A stretch of DNA of 64,000 nucleotides from Naegleria gruberi. Lineage: Eukaryota. The notes beneath the pieces were generated by a model. That model ran no database searches and was not told the DNA's origin. It was given only the letters and a program-made list of their open reading frames with translations. The number at the start of each line of letters is the position of its first letter. Position 1 is the stretch's first letter. The position numbers and the translations under genes were made by a program. The DNA lies in the NCBI GenBank assembly GCA_000004985.1, contig GG738845.1; one strand, written 5' to 3'. This document shows positions 50,698-62,147 of the stretch, one piece after another.

Positions 50698-53421
50698 TTA
50701 CAATTTATTTTCGAGCAATTTCAATGCCATTTCTTCAGCTTCATCAAGACCAACAGTTTGCTTCTTCTTTTTTGGAACAATAGTTGGCAGATTGGATTGA
50801 GTAGCCATTAACTGGTCGAACTTTCTCTTCTTTTCGTCTGCTTTTTCTTTGACTTGCTTGTCATGTTCTGCCTTTTCTTTGAACCTTTGTGTTGTAGAAA
50901 CTTTTTGCTCTGGTTGTTCCATAGCATTCACAAAGTCTTCATAAGATTCATCAACATCCTCTTCATCAGGCAAGGCACTTGTACTGGTGTTGGGAGTGTT
51001 GGCTTTAACAACCCTTTGGTAGTCAAATGGATCTTCCTCCAAAAGATCAGCCTTTCTTCTAAGCTCTTCCAATTCTTTCTCTCTCTTCTTTGTAATTTCC
51101 TTCTGATTTTTTAATCTCTCCTTATCCTGTTCTTTATCTGTGGAAGCAGTCTTTTTCATTCTAGTTTTAATTTCATTTAGAAACTCAGAACGATCATTAG
51201 TCAAATTGGATAAGTTGGTATTCTTTAATTCGCTCAAAACAGACTCCAACTTGGATATTTTCCCACCTTCCTTGTTAAAAATAATGTGCTTTTTTCCATC
51301 AATCTTTTGCATGAATTTCTTCTTATTTACATAGAGTGGGACATTATCCTTTTCATCCAATTTGTGATTTTCTCTTTTCATATAAAAGAAATCATCATCT
51401 GCTGTAACCTCCTCTCCTATTACAATCTTGTCTAATTCTGCCTTCTTTTGCATGAATTTGTCAATTTTAGATAATTTCTTCTTTTTCTTTTCTTCTCCCT
51501 CTTCTGGTTCATTTTCCAAATCTTTTTCAGAATCTGAATCGTCTGAGTCATCGTCTGAATCGTCTGAATCGCTAGATACAGCGTTAGGATCGTACTCCAC
51601 CTGATATTGAATATCGTCATCTGCATCATCAACAGGAATACTGTCAATCATATTTTGAATTTTGACATCTTCCTCTTCGTCGCTTTCTTCATTTCTTGGA
51701 TTTTCTTCTCCTTCTGCGCTATCATAGTCAACCTCTGGTTGCTCCTCTTCATCTCCTTTTTGAATTTTACCATTCTCTGTGGTTACGTCTGATTCTGAAT
51801 CGCTTGAATCACTGGAGTCCATTTCATCCGAATCATCATCACTGCTTTGATCGTCCTCTGCATCATCCTCTGTCATATTAAGGCGTACTTCCTTCTTTAC
51901 TCTATCGCTTGGGTTCAGGATCAATACAGGTTTAATAGCAAGCCCCAGCTTGACAGCAAATGCATCCAAATTGAGTGCCTTAAAATCAATATCATAACCA
52001 TAATGTTTGTAAACATGTTTAAGATATGTTTGGAAATATTTAACAGCAGCTTGCTTTAAATTTGTATCGTGTGATAGAAGGGCAGCGAGTTGAGCTCTGA
52101 TAGTGACAATCTTTTCTGGATTAATTTTCATTTCCTTTAAACTTCCTGTTTCCAAACTATCCTTATCAAATAAAAATGTTAAGAGAGGCTTTTCTTGTGG
52201 AGTTACAACAACGACTGATTTTCCATCAGCATCATTTCTAGCAGTTCTTCCCATTCTATGAATGTAAAAAGCTTTGGAAACTGGTGCATCGAGTTGTAAA
52301 ACGAAATCTACGCGAGGAAAATCCAATCCACGAGCTGCTATATCTGTTGCAAAGAGAACTGCTGCTTTAGCTGATGTAAACCCTTCGAACATTTCTCTTC
52401 TAGAGCCTTGCGACATTCTTCCTGCCAATTTGAACATTTTAACTGATAGTGGTAAGTGTTTAAACACAGTATGTAAAAATGAGACTTGTTTCACAGTGGA
52501 CGAAAAAACAATAACCTTCTTATTTTGGTGAGACTTGAGGAAAGAGAATAAAATATCAATCTTATCTTCCAATTGACATTCAATATAGTGTTGAGTTAAT
52601 TGTTTTGGAACTGGTTCTGATTCGTGGACAGATATATATTCTGTATTTGTCTTACTTAATGAAAGTCGTGCAAGATCTTTGATATCTCTAGTTTGAGTAG
52701 CACTAAACAAAAGTGTTTGTCTGCTTTTTGGTAAGCCATCCAAAATTGAGTTCAATTCATTTCTGAAACCTAATTCAAGTAATCTATCAGCTTCATCCAA
52801 AACAAGAACTTGTAGGTTTGAACAAATAAATCCTGCTGTTTCATCCATATGTTGAAGTAATCTACCAGGTGTTGCAACAAGAATATTCATATTACAAATA
52901 TGTTCTTTTTCCTCTTTTAAATTCTTAGTACCACCAACAAGTAAACCTGCTGAAAAATGGTGGTATCTTCCACAAAGTTTTAAAACTTCGAATATTTGCT
53001 GTGCTAATTCTCTATTTGGTGATAAAATCAATGCACCAAGTCCATCAAGTTTTCCCCATCTTTTTCTATATAATAATTCTAATACTGGCAATACAAATGC
53101 TAAAGTTTTACCGGAGCCTGTTCTGGCAGCACCTAGAATATCCCTTCCTCCTAGTGCATGTAGTATTGATGCCTTTTGAATGTCCTTCATAGTGACAAAG
53201 CCAGCTTTTTTAAGTGCATCTTTAGAATATTGAGAGATTGGTAATTCTAAAAATTTACTAAATTGTGATGGCAATGCTACAGAAGATTTGGTTGATGTTT
53301 TAGCAAGAGGGTTAATTCCTTTTGGTGGTGTTAATTCAATAACTTTTTGTTTAAGTATTTCCACTTCCTCGTTCTCCTTCTTTAACTTTTCAACAGGAGT
53401 TAACCGCGTAGATCTTGGCAT
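50698..53421 (-). CDS. DBP4: DEAD-box RNA helicase DDX10/Dbp4 (ribosome biogenesis)
   Basis: 907-aa single ORF. GFVTMKDIQKASILHALGGRDILGAARTGSGKTLAF, VLDEADRLLELGF, SAT, HRMGRTAR. A long C-terminal extension with acidic tracts (DSDDDSDDSDSEKD...) is characteristic of Dbp4/DDX10. Confidence 0.85.
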   Translation of the reverse strand: MPRSTRLTPVEKLKKENEEVEILKQKVIELTPPKGINPLAKTSTKSSVALPSQFSKFLELPISQYSKDALKKAGFVTMKDIQKASILHALGGRDILGAARTGSGKTLAFVLPVLELLYRKRWGKLDGLGALILSPNRELAQQIFEVLKLCGRYHHFSAGLLVGGTKNLKEEKEHICNMNILVATPGRLLQHMDETAGFICSNLQVLVLDEADRLLELGFRNELNSILDGLPKSRQTLLFSATQTRDIKDLARLSLSKTNTEYISVHESEPVPKQLTQHYIECQLEDKIDILFSFLKSHQNKKVIVFSSTVKQVSFLHTVFKHLPLSVKMFKLAGRMSQGSRREMFEGFTSAKAAVLFATDIAARGLDFPRVDFVLQLDAPVSKAFYIHRMGRTARNDADGKSVVVVTPQEKPLLTFLFDKDSLETGSLKEMKINPEKIVTIRAQLAALLSHDTNLKQAAVKYFQTYLKHVYKHYGYDIDFKALNLDAFAVKLGLAIKPVLILNPSDRVKKEVRLNMTEDDAEDDQSSDDDSDEMDSSDSSDSESDVTTENGKIQKGDEEEQPEVDYDSAEGEENPRNEESDEEEDVKIQNMIDSIPVDDADDDIQYQVEYDPNAVSSDSDDSDDDSDDSDSEKDLENEPEEGEEKKKKKLSKIDKFMQKKAELDKIVIGEEVTADDDFFYMKRENHKLDEKDNVPLYVNKKKFMQKIDGKKHIIFNKEGGKISKLESVLSELKNTNLSNLTNDRSEFLNEIKTRMKKTASTDKEQDKERLKNQKEITKKREKELEELRRKADLLEEDPFDYQRVVKANTPNTSTSALPDEEDVDESYEDFVNAMEQPEQKVSTTQRFKEKAEHDKQVKEKADEKKRKFDQLMATQSNLPTIVPKKKKQTVGLDEAEEMALKLLENKL

Positions 53422-53573
53422 TTTTTTCCTTCAAACATCTTAAGTCGTCTGTATTTAGTTTGTCTAAAGTCTTCCAACATTCAACAATAACCTTGAAACT
53501 TTTGTTTTAAATTGAAGGTGATAAAGGATTGATTTTGATTGCATAAAACGAATATAATTATTCATTAAAAAAA

Positions 53574-55094
53574 ATGCTCAAGTCTAGTGGATTCATATTC
53601 AACCCTCGAGTCATTGCCAATAATGTCATCGGAATCACAAGGAAGAGTAACAATTCACCATTCATGAATTGTTATAATGCTCCATCAAGAGTGATTAGTG
53701 CCTTGTATCATTTTAACATTATTGCGAACAAGAAGTTTTCCTCTTTTACCAGTGGAGGAGGAGCCGATAGAACTCAACTAACTATTTATGAACAATTGAG
53801 ATCAAGAACATCATCTCATAGAGAAGATAATGAAGATAATGAAGAAAGAGTAAAAGAAAAACCAAGAGTTGTCAATAAGAATCAGAGGTATTTGGACCGA
53901 AATGAAAAGAGACATTCCAGACAAGCTCACGATGATGGAAGCAGAAGAAGAGAAGGAAGGGATAGAGACTACCATAGTAGAGACAGAAGAAGGAAACAAA
54001 ACCATTTCGAAGAAGATGATCCTTGGGCTGAAAAGCCAAAAGTAAAGAAATATTTACCGCCTCCTGAGCTCACTAGAAACAAATACATCACAGATGACTT
54101 GGAGCATCATTTTTCGAATAGCAAACCTAAGACTAAGGTTCCAGCCTTCTTTGCAAATATTTCTAACTCTGCACAAGATGTACAAAAGATGAAATCTAAT
54201 GTAATCAACCATATTGCAGATCATAAAATGAAAAGGGGACACATTCAGAACATCTCACACAAGAACTCAACAACGAAAATTGAAACCCCAATTGTAGATA
54301 AGATTGATTCTGAGCTAAGTGAATTATTAGGAGGTGAAGATATTGAACTTTCACAAAATTCTAAAAGATTTGAAATTATTGATAGTATCGCCAATCTTGA
54401 AGATAATGCTCTCTTTGATGAAATTGAAAATGAAGAAATAGATCTCTCTCAAATCAACCTATCTCCTGAAGAAAATCGTTCAAGACTTCAAACTTTTTAC
54501 TTTTCAACTCTTCCTGAATACATAGAAGAATGTTTATTGAACATTTTGAAAAATCAAGACTCAATGACAGACAGTGAATATTACAAATATCTCAATATGG
54601 AAAGGTTGTACATTACCAGTGCAAAACTTTCTGAAGATTATAGAACAATAACGTTAAACTATAGATTGTTGGTAAGAGAAGGTATTGATGAAATGGGAGA
54701 GGAAGCTAACCAAAGAGATGCTCAAATTATTGATAAATTATTTGCCACCCAATTTGTCAAACCAACACTAGAAACCTTTGAGAATATGCATGGTAGAGTG
54801 ATGTTGCGTGATTTTGAAAAGCCAAAGACTATCAAACTCAATTTTAAGGGAATCAAATTGCATGAACCAAGTATTTTTGACGAGCCATTACCAAATGTTA
54901 AACCTGGTGAGAGAAGACCACACATTAACCCATTTGCAGAACTGCCATATTTTACAGGAAAACCAATGAGTGGTGAAAGAGCAATTAACATTCTCAATAA
55001 CTTGGGTATTAGCATCCCAGACGATTCAGAAGCAGCAGAAAAAAAGAACTCAGATAAACCAACCACAACGAGAAAACAAAGAGAAACAAAATAA
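53574..55094 (+). CDS. Hypothetical 506-aa protein, R/D/E-rich N-terminal region
   Basis: Single ORF. RS/RD-like low complexity (SRRREGRDRDYHSRDRRRK). No recognised catalytic motif. Confidence 0.45.
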   Translation: MLKSSGFIFNPRVIANNVIGITRKSNNSPFMNCYNAPSRVISALYHFNIIANKKFSSFTSGGGADRTQLTIYEQLRSRTSSHREDNEDNEERVKEKPRVVNKNQRYLDRNEKRHSRQAHDDGSRRREGRDRDYHSRDRRRKQNHFEEDDPWAEKPKVKKYLPPPELTRNKYITDDLEHHFSNSKPKTKVPAFFANISNSAQDVQKMKSNVINHIADHKMKRGHIQNISHKNSTTKIETPIVDKIDSELSELLGGEDIELSQNSKRFEIIDSIANLEDNALFDEIENEEIDLSQINLSPEENRSRLQTFYFSTLPEYIEECLLNILKNQDSMTDSEYYKYLNMERLYITSAKLSEDYRTITLNYRLLVREGIDEMGEEANQRDAQIIDKLFATQFVKPTLETFENMHGRVMLRDFEKPKTIKLNFKGIKLHEPSIFDEPLPNVKPGERRPHINPFAELPYFTGKPMSGERAINILNNLGISIPDDSEAAEKKNSDKPTTTRKQRETK

Positions 55095-55134
55095 ACATGC
55101 TGGATAATATCCGTATTATTGGTTGTTTTTGGAT

Positions 55135-55693
55135 TTACATCTTTAATTCTTCTTGGAATTTTTGCAAGGTTTCCTCAGGAGTAAGTTCCTTCTTTTCATT
55201 CTTTTCAAAAAGAAACTCTGGCGCCTTTTCTTTATCTAAAAGTGTAATAGTTGCCATGGTTGCATTGTCACCCTTTCTGTTCTTCCACAATCTTTCAATT
55301 GATGTATAACCTCCTTGTCGTTCCTTGAATCTCTCTGGGAATGTTTGGATAGCTTTTTGGATAGCTTCTTCTTCATATAAATACGATTTAATTTGATTGT
55401 GGGCATGCTCGCTATTTCTCTTAGAAAGTGTAACCATCTTGTCGATGAAGGTTCTCAATTGCTTTGCTTTCACTATCGTTGTTGTTATTTTATCGTGTTT
55501 AATCAAGTTTGTGGTCAAACTTCTCATAAGAGCTTTATATCCAATCCATAACAAATTAATAAATGTAAAACATCCAATCCGTATCATGTTCAAAATTAAC
55601 ACGTTCCAATTTAATATCCACTACGAAATTTCGTTTACACATACCTTCTCTTTGGGCGGCGTCTCTTGAAAAATGTTTAAAGAAATGTCCTCT
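55135..55693 (-). CDS. Mitochondrial ribosomal protein bL17m (L17 family), 2 exons
   Basis: Exon 1 (~55641-55693): MRGHFFKHFSRDAAQRE plus GTATGT intron. Exon 2: ...LMRSLTTNLIKHDKITTTIVKAKQLRTFIDKMVTLSKR..., which matches the bL17 consensus (...L.RNL..SL..HERI.TT..KAKELR...). Confidence 0.75.
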
Positions 55694-55875
55694 CATTTTT
55701 TGTATTTTTATTTATTCAATTTTTTCATATCAATTTGAAATTTATTATTAATAAACCTTCAAAGAGAGTGACCTGATTAACTACAGCTTATTATTGCAAT
55801 GATTGTTACTTAAAATTTAACGTTGCCTCCAAAATAACTCTGTAGTTTTCTTTGTAGTTGCAAACCGCTAAAAAA

Positions 55876-58800
55876 ATGATCAACCGACATCATTATGCTT
55901 TCATAGGTGATTCCAGAAAGAATGGAAGTGAGTACAATCCAATACAAATGTTATTTTAATATAGATCTTTAGAACCTTATGAGCCAAAGAAAGGATCAGA
56001 CATAAACTTACCACCATTAGGGGTTAGAAAAGAGAAGGAAAGTGCAATTCTTGAAGCAGATGAATCTTCTCGGAATGATGTTTTTAAATTCAATAGAGAT
56101 GATGTATTTAATTTTGATATTAAGGATATGAGAATATCAAGCACCAGGGAGGTACGTCAAAACCCAAATCTGCTCCAGGCCAATGCTCCCCCACCAAAGA
56201 GAACTAAAGTCACGTTCAAAGGTATGTGAGGAATTGATACTTTAGTACTTAAATACAACCAGATGCGGACGAATCAATGCAAGAGAGTGCTATTGCTGAA
56301 GGAATTTCTGTTGAGGATTGGATGAAGGAAAATGAAAATATTTATGATGTTAAATTTAGGAAGGATGAAAAAACAAAACAACAGGGAAGAAGGTCTCTCA
56401 CCAGACCAGAGTCACAATCATCGTTGGATTCTAGTACATTAAAGGAAGGAAACACTAAACTACCTTATTTGAAGGATGTATTCATGAAGGAACGGGCTCC
56501 ATCAAAGCAATTAGTTCATTATTTGGATATTATTGGAGGAGAAAAACAAGTGAATACAAAAAAAATACTTAAAGTGGCTCCAGATGACGAGGAAGAAATA
56601 GCAAAGTTAAAAACTGGTGATGATGCTGTTGCCTTTTTCTCGAAAGCAGGAAAAAGTAGTAGGTATTATTTAAACTATTTGGATAACTTTGATTTTTTAA
56701 AGCTGCTGTCAAGTTTGTATATTTAAATAGAGCAGATTCAAATGGAGTTGATTACCGACCATATGATCTAGTTGTAGTTTCTAAAAGTGACACTAACCCA
56801 GAATATTTTACCATGTCTTCGACAGGTGTTGTACATATTTGCCCAGGTCAACCTACTGAGTACATGTCCCTCTCTGAATGGATGAAAGAATCAACAATGT
56901 TTAACGTTCTAAGAAGAATTAGATTTTTCAAGTACTATCTTGTTCATAAGTGCTTTAGACTCTGGTATCAAAGTAAGTTGACAACCTTAGTCATTCAATT
57001 ATCTAACGTATTTATCCAGATGCAAGATATCTTAAATATAGTAAGAAGAGAATGGATTTGGCAAGAAATTTCTTCCTTGCCAAGAAAACTTTCTCTTCTT
57101 CTGTCATGAAGATTCACAAACTTTCACACGACTTGCAATATACTCCAATTATGGACTTGAGAGATAAAGAAAATTCAAATGAGCCATCAGTAACTATTGA
57201 ACAGTTCCATGAGGCTCAAAAAGAATTGAGATCAAAATCATCTAAAACCTTTGACGAAATTATTGAGAAAATGGAGGAAATTTTGGTACAACTTTGTGAG
57301 GATGTTACTTCTAGGTCAAGAGTTCCAGATATGAATGCTTCTGAAAATATTGAAGCCTATCTCAGTGGTAAAATACCTACTCTTGAAGCTGAGGATGATT
57401 TCACAGCTAAAAAATCCAAATCTATGGTTGAGGCCCAAGAGGAAGAAGAAAAGAGACAGAGAGCCCTTAAAAAAGCAAGAGAAGAGGCGGATATGCTTGG
57501 TAATTTCATTAGAGTTTCCGACTATATGGCTGTAGAATCTTTGGTAACTTTATCAAAGAAGATTCTCGACAAATTCAAGGTTACTCTCCAAGAAACCAAG
57601 TCAATACTTTTCCTTGTAAACTTACTTTTCAAATCCGATGGTTCTGACATTGTTTTTGAACCATCTGAGGGTGCAATAATGCATGTTCTTCAATCCAACT
57701 CTGATGAAATTGTAACAACTGTCAGTCAAGTTCCAAGACTTTTATACATGCGTAAATTCAAAGTTTATTTTGATAATCTGGATAAATTCAAGATGGAAGA
57801 ACATTTAAGACAACTTCATGTTGGAAAAGTATTGCAGAGAGATGAGGTATTTAACTCAATCAAGTCTCAAATAGAAATGATGTTACACAATGATTTCTTG
57901 AAGGCGTTAGAATATGGAAAGGATTTCGAAGGATTGAAACATTGGTTCAAGTTTGGAAAAGAATGGGATGATAAGTATGCAGAAAAGAGACACACTGTCC
58001 AAGAATTTACTGAAAAAATTAAGCATGTCAATGATGCTCTCCTTGAGTTGAAGAGAATGAACTTTGTGCAAGAAAAAGGAATTCTTTTTATTGACAGCAA
58101 ACAGTTAAGAAATACTTTGCAACCAATTATGGAGAGTATTTACGAGCAAATTAAACTTTCTATAAGTGTTACATCCCGAGAAATGTGTCTAGAACTTAAT
58201 AAGAAGTTCATTGAGAGAGTAAGAATCATGAAGGAAGAGCCAACCAAGCTGAAGGACTTTGCCAAGTTCATAGATAACCACAATAAGATCAGAAAGGAAA
58301 CTCGTCAACTCATGATAGCGGCTGATGAAGTTGAAAAGATGAATGAACTTGCTGCAAAGAACAAGGTTGAAATGGACAGAGCAGACCAAGTTGCTTTGGA
58401 ATCATTGAAAGAAATTAAGGATGAGTTTTTGCAAGTATTCAAAAAGGCAGAACTCTACAAGGAGAATAATATGGCTTCAAAGAAAAGCGAGTTGGAAGAA
58501 AATGTTCAAAAGGTTAGTGATGACCTTTTGGACATGATGACAGTGCTCAGAAATCCTCCATTCATTACAGCTGATGCTGACCCAGTTGATGTTTTGGAAA
58601 GACTTTCTAGACTTGGTGAGGAGATTGCCCAATTTAAAGAAAAAACAGAAATCTACAAAGAGTACCAAATTCTACTTGAGGCACCAGTTAAGGAATGGAC
58701 CAATTTAACAGGCGCTGAAACTCAATTCAATGTTAGAAGTCAAATTTGGAAGGCTATAGATGAATTTTCAAAGAAGTCTGACCTTTGGGATACCACTGAC

Positions 58801-59712
58801 ATCCAAAAACAAGATATTAGTGACATTGAGCAAGAGGTTGAAAAATATTATCAACTTGGAATTGAAATGGCCAAATTTGGAGAGGATGATGTTGTAAAGT
58901 TGTTGAAGAAAACTGTGCAGGTTTGGAAAGATAATTTACCAATAATTTTAATGATTGGTAATAAGGACTTGAAGCCTCATCACTGGGAACAAATATTCAA
59001 AGGTATGAATAAGGAATCTGCCAAAGGAGCTTCCTATACACTTAGACAATTGGGTACTCTTGGTATTTTTATGTACAAAGATTTGATAACAGACGTTTCA
59101 AAAGCAGCAACAGGAGAAGCTCAATTATTTAAAAGCTTGGAAGTTATCGCTCAAACCTGGAGAGAAACTGATTTTGATTTCAAAGCTCTTCCACATAGAA
59201 AAGATTTTTACATATTGAATCAAACTGATAATATTCAAATGCTCTTGGATACTCATAAGAGAACCCTCAGAGAAATGTTGGATTCAAAATATGTTTCTGT
59301 AATTAGAACTAGAGTTGAGGATTGGATAAAAAAGTTGGAAAATGTAACTGTAATATTCCAAGAGTGGCTTTCTTGCCAGAGAAGACTTTTATCTTTGGAA
59401 TACATTCTCACATCTGATCTCATCAAGAAAGAGAATCCAGAAGATGTTGCCAAATACATTTCTGTCAGTTCAGAATTCAAAGATTTAATAAGCAAAACAA
59501 GTCTTAATAGAAATGTGCTGGTAGCTACTCATGAGGAAGGAATTTTAGAAACATTTGGTCGTTGGAATATGGCTTTTGATGAAATTGAGAGGAACGTAAA
59601 AACCTCAGAGGAGGGAGCTGCTGCTCTTGCTGAAGAAAGCGAGGACGACCAAGATGTTTCCTCTGAATCTGATTTGGATGAGCATGCCTACGATGAAGAG
59701 GATGAGTATTAA
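55876..59712 (+). CDS. Dynein heavy chain N-terminal (tail + start of linker) protein lacking the AAA+ motor. A truncated DHC-like gene, at least 5 exons.
   Basis: Exon ~56727-56970: ...YRPYDLVVVSKSDTNPEYFTMSSTGVVHICPGQPTEYMSLSEWMKESTMFNVLRRIRFFKYYLVHKCFRLWYQS (DHC_N1-type motif). Within the 886-aa terminal ORF: ...ILMIGNKDLKPHHWEQIFKGMN... and ...VIFQEWLSCQRRLLSLEYILTSDLIKKENPEDVAKYISVSSEFKDLI.... These match the conserved start of the dynein linker (DHC_N2: NPxLRxRHWxQ...; EEWLxxQxxWLYLEPIFSSEDIxxQ). The ORF terminates at 59712 in an acidic tail (SEDDQDVSSESDLDEHAYDEEDEY), not in AAA1. Confidence 0.6.
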
Positions 59713-59732
59713 AAAATTCAAACAAAAACTAT

Positions 59733-62147
59733 TTATTGTGTTTCGTCCATCTTTTTGTTTTGTTCTGGTTCTTGTTTTTGTTCAGTTGGCTTTTCTTCCT
59801 TCTTTGGTTCTTCTTTTGGTTTTGGCTTTGTGACAATTGGAGTGGCAACCTTTCTTAAATCCTTCTTACGATTTTCAATGAAAGCACATGTTAAAATTGG
59901 GTCAGAAGACTTGGCAACCTTATCTTGTTGAGCAAGTTGTTCATTCAACCAAGTATTTGTTTCGGATACCTTATCAGCAACTTTTTGTTTTTCTTCATTG
60001 GTAATATGGTTGTATTGTTCAGTATTGGCATTATCTACAAAGGTTTGGAATTCCTTGATTGTTTCTTGTAATTGTTTAATGCCTTCTGGTCTAGCTTCGA
60101 ATTCCTTCAACCTATTTTCAACTCTATCACCAACCTTCTTGAGTTCAGCAAGTTTTTCTTGATAGACAGTCTTTGTTGTGTTTTCACCATCACCATATAA
60201 CCATGATTCAGTATCATCCAATGTGAGGATAAAGTTATCTCTATCTTGATCATTAATAAATTCATAGAGATCACCACCTTCATAAAGTCTTTCCTTCATA
60301 TTATAACAGAAACTTTCAACGTTATTCTTTGCTTCAGCAGTAGTACGAACGTCCTTGTCACGATTTCTCATTGATTGTTCAACATTCAAGTATTGATTGA
60401 AAAGCTCTGTAGTGATACCTGGAACTGTGGTGAGGACCTTCAAGTTGTGTTTAATAGTCTTCTTCTTCTTGACAAGTCTTGTTTTTGGTTTTTCATCCTT
60501 CTTTTCTTCAGCAGGCTTTTCTTGAGATACTTCTTCAGTTGTATCCATCTTGTTTTGTTCCAATTCTTCTTTTGGAATTGGTTCTTCTTCTTCAACTTCA
60601 ATTTCTTCAGAGGCAGTAGCTTCTTGAACTTCAACTAAACCCAACATGTTGTGTCTCATCTTGATCTTAATCTTCAATGGTTCATTTCTTTGTGGAATGT
60701 CAGTAATTGTGAATTTACCCATAATACTACTAGTACCAGCTGGAAGAAGGGAAGGATCAGAGTAGACTGTAAACAAATCAAATGTCTTAGACTTGTTAAA
60801 AGTAAGCATCTTGGATGAAGGAGTACCTTCAAATTGTTTGAAAAGTGTTGATTGTTTCAATGAAGAGAGAACAGATGCTTCATCATCATCGACCATTTTG
60901 TCATCACTTTCTGGATTGGCAACCCATCCCAAATTGACACCATGATAAATTGAATCAATAACATTAAATTCACGAGCAAGAGTAAACTTTGGACTAATCA
61001 TGGCAGCTTGAATAGCAGCTCCCTTAGCAACACTTTCAGTTGTGTTTAAAGTGGATTGTACTTCCTTTCCGATAATCTTTGCCAATGTTTCTCTAATAAC
61101 TGGAATATATGAAGCACCACCCAACAATTCAACAGTTGTCAATTGTTCAGCTGTAATACCAGCTGATTCCAAAGCTCTTTTAACTGGAGCTTCAAATCTA
61201 GATAAGACTGGTTGAACCAATTGAATGTATTCGTCTCTCTTAATTTGGAATTGAATATCCTTTTCATTCATCAAACATTCAATTCTCAAATTAGAAACTG
61301 GATTAGAACTCAAGAATTTCTTCAATTTTTCACATTCTCTTGCCAAACGAATAACTGCCTTAGGATTTGTAGTAACATCCATCTTGTATTTGGTCTTGAT
61401 TTCTTCAACGTAGTGGTCATACAAAGCCTTTTCAAGTGCATAAGCTCCCAAGTTTGGATCACTAGCACAAGATAAGACACGAAGTTGTGACTTTTTGAAT
61501 TCAATAATGTAGACGGAAGTATCAAGGTGACCAACATCAACAAAGGCAATGTTTTGAGCTTCCTCAGGGAAATCCTTATAGATGCCATAACCCAAAGCAG
61601 CAGCAGTGACATCGTGCATAACACGAATAACATTCAAACCAGCAATTTCAGCTGCTTTGACCACATCACGTCTTTGAATTTCATTAAAGTAGCAAGGTAC
61701 GGTAATAACACAATCGGATTCACGGAATCCAACAGAGCTTTCAACATCATCTACAATTTTACCAAACAGCATACCTAATAACTGAACTGGGCTAAGAAGT
61801 TTGGATTCAGCATCGTTATCATGGAGCTTATAACCATCAATCTTGAATAGAATTTCATCATTTGGGCCTTGGAAAATTGGAACAGAAATATTAGCATGGA
61901 GAACTTCTGGTGTAAGTTGACTATATTTTAATCCAATGAATCGTTTAATAAGTGAAATGGTTCTTTGATAGTGACTGATTTGTGCACCCATACCACTTTC
62001 TCCAATCAATCTTTCATTTTCCGAGAAGGAAACATAGACTGGTGTATATCTTCGGGAGAATTCATTGGTAACAATATCAATAGAACCTTTCTTTGCAATA
62101 CCAACTACACAATTTTGAGAACCCAAATCAATTCCGAGAACTGGCAT
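59733..62147 (-). CDS. SSE1: Hsp110/Sse1-type Hsp70-family nucleotide-exchange chaperone
   Basis: 804-aa single ORF. MPVLGIDLGSQNCVVGIAKKGSIDIVTNEFSRRYTPVYVSFSENERLIGESG... (Hsp70 NBD with Hsp110-specific features). An extended acidic insertion and long C-terminal helical domain are typical of Hsp110 rather than canonical Hsp70. Confidence 0.9.
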   Translation of the reverse strand: MPVLGIDLGSQNCVVGIAKKGSIDIVTNEFSRRYTPVYVSFSENERLIGESGMGAQISHYQRTISLIKRFIGLKYSQLTPEVLHANISVPIFQGPNDEILFKIDGYKLHDNDAESKLLSPVQLLGMLFGKIVDDVESSVGFRESDCVITVPCYFNEIQRRDVVKAAEIAGLNVIRVMHDVTAAALGYGIYKDFPEEAQNIAFVDVGHLDTSVYIIEFKKSQLRVLSCASDPNLGAYALEKALYDHYVEEIKTKYKMDVTTNPKAVIRLARECEKLKKFLSSNPVSNLRIECLMNEKDIQFQIKRDEYIQLVQPVLSRFEAPVKRALESAGITAEQLTTVELLGGASYIPVIRETLAKIIGKEVQSTLNTTESVAKGAAIQAAMISPKFTLAREFNVIDSIYHGVNLGWVANPESDDKMVDDDEASVLSSLKQSTLFKQFEGTPSSKMLTFNKSKTFDLFTVYSDPSLLPAGTSSIMGKFTITDIPQRNEPLKIKIKMRHNMLGLVEVQEATASEEIEVEEEEPIPKEELEQNKMDTTEEVSQEKPAEEKKDEKPKTRLVKKKKTIKHNLKVLTTVPGITTELFNQYLNVEQSMRNRDKDVRTTAEAKNNVESFCYNMKERLYEGGDLYEFINDQDRDNFILTLDDTESWLYGDGENTTKTVYQEKLAELKKVGDRVENRLKEFEARPEGIKQLQETIKEFQTFVDNANTEQYNHITNEEKQKVADKVSETNTWLNEQLAQQDKVAKSSDPILTCAFIENRKKDLRKVATPIVTKPKPKEEPKKEEKPTEQKQEPEQNKKMDETQ

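Noticed and set aside
54722-55066. 114-aa minus-strand ORF overlapping the 3' end of the 506-aa gene
   Set aside because: Fully embedded antisense in a long sense ORF. No splice or start context. Likely noise.
60375-60638. Plus- and minus-strand small ORFs within the Hsp110 gene
   Set aside because: They are embedded in the acidic/K-rich insertion region of the Hsp110 coding sequence, a compositional artefact.
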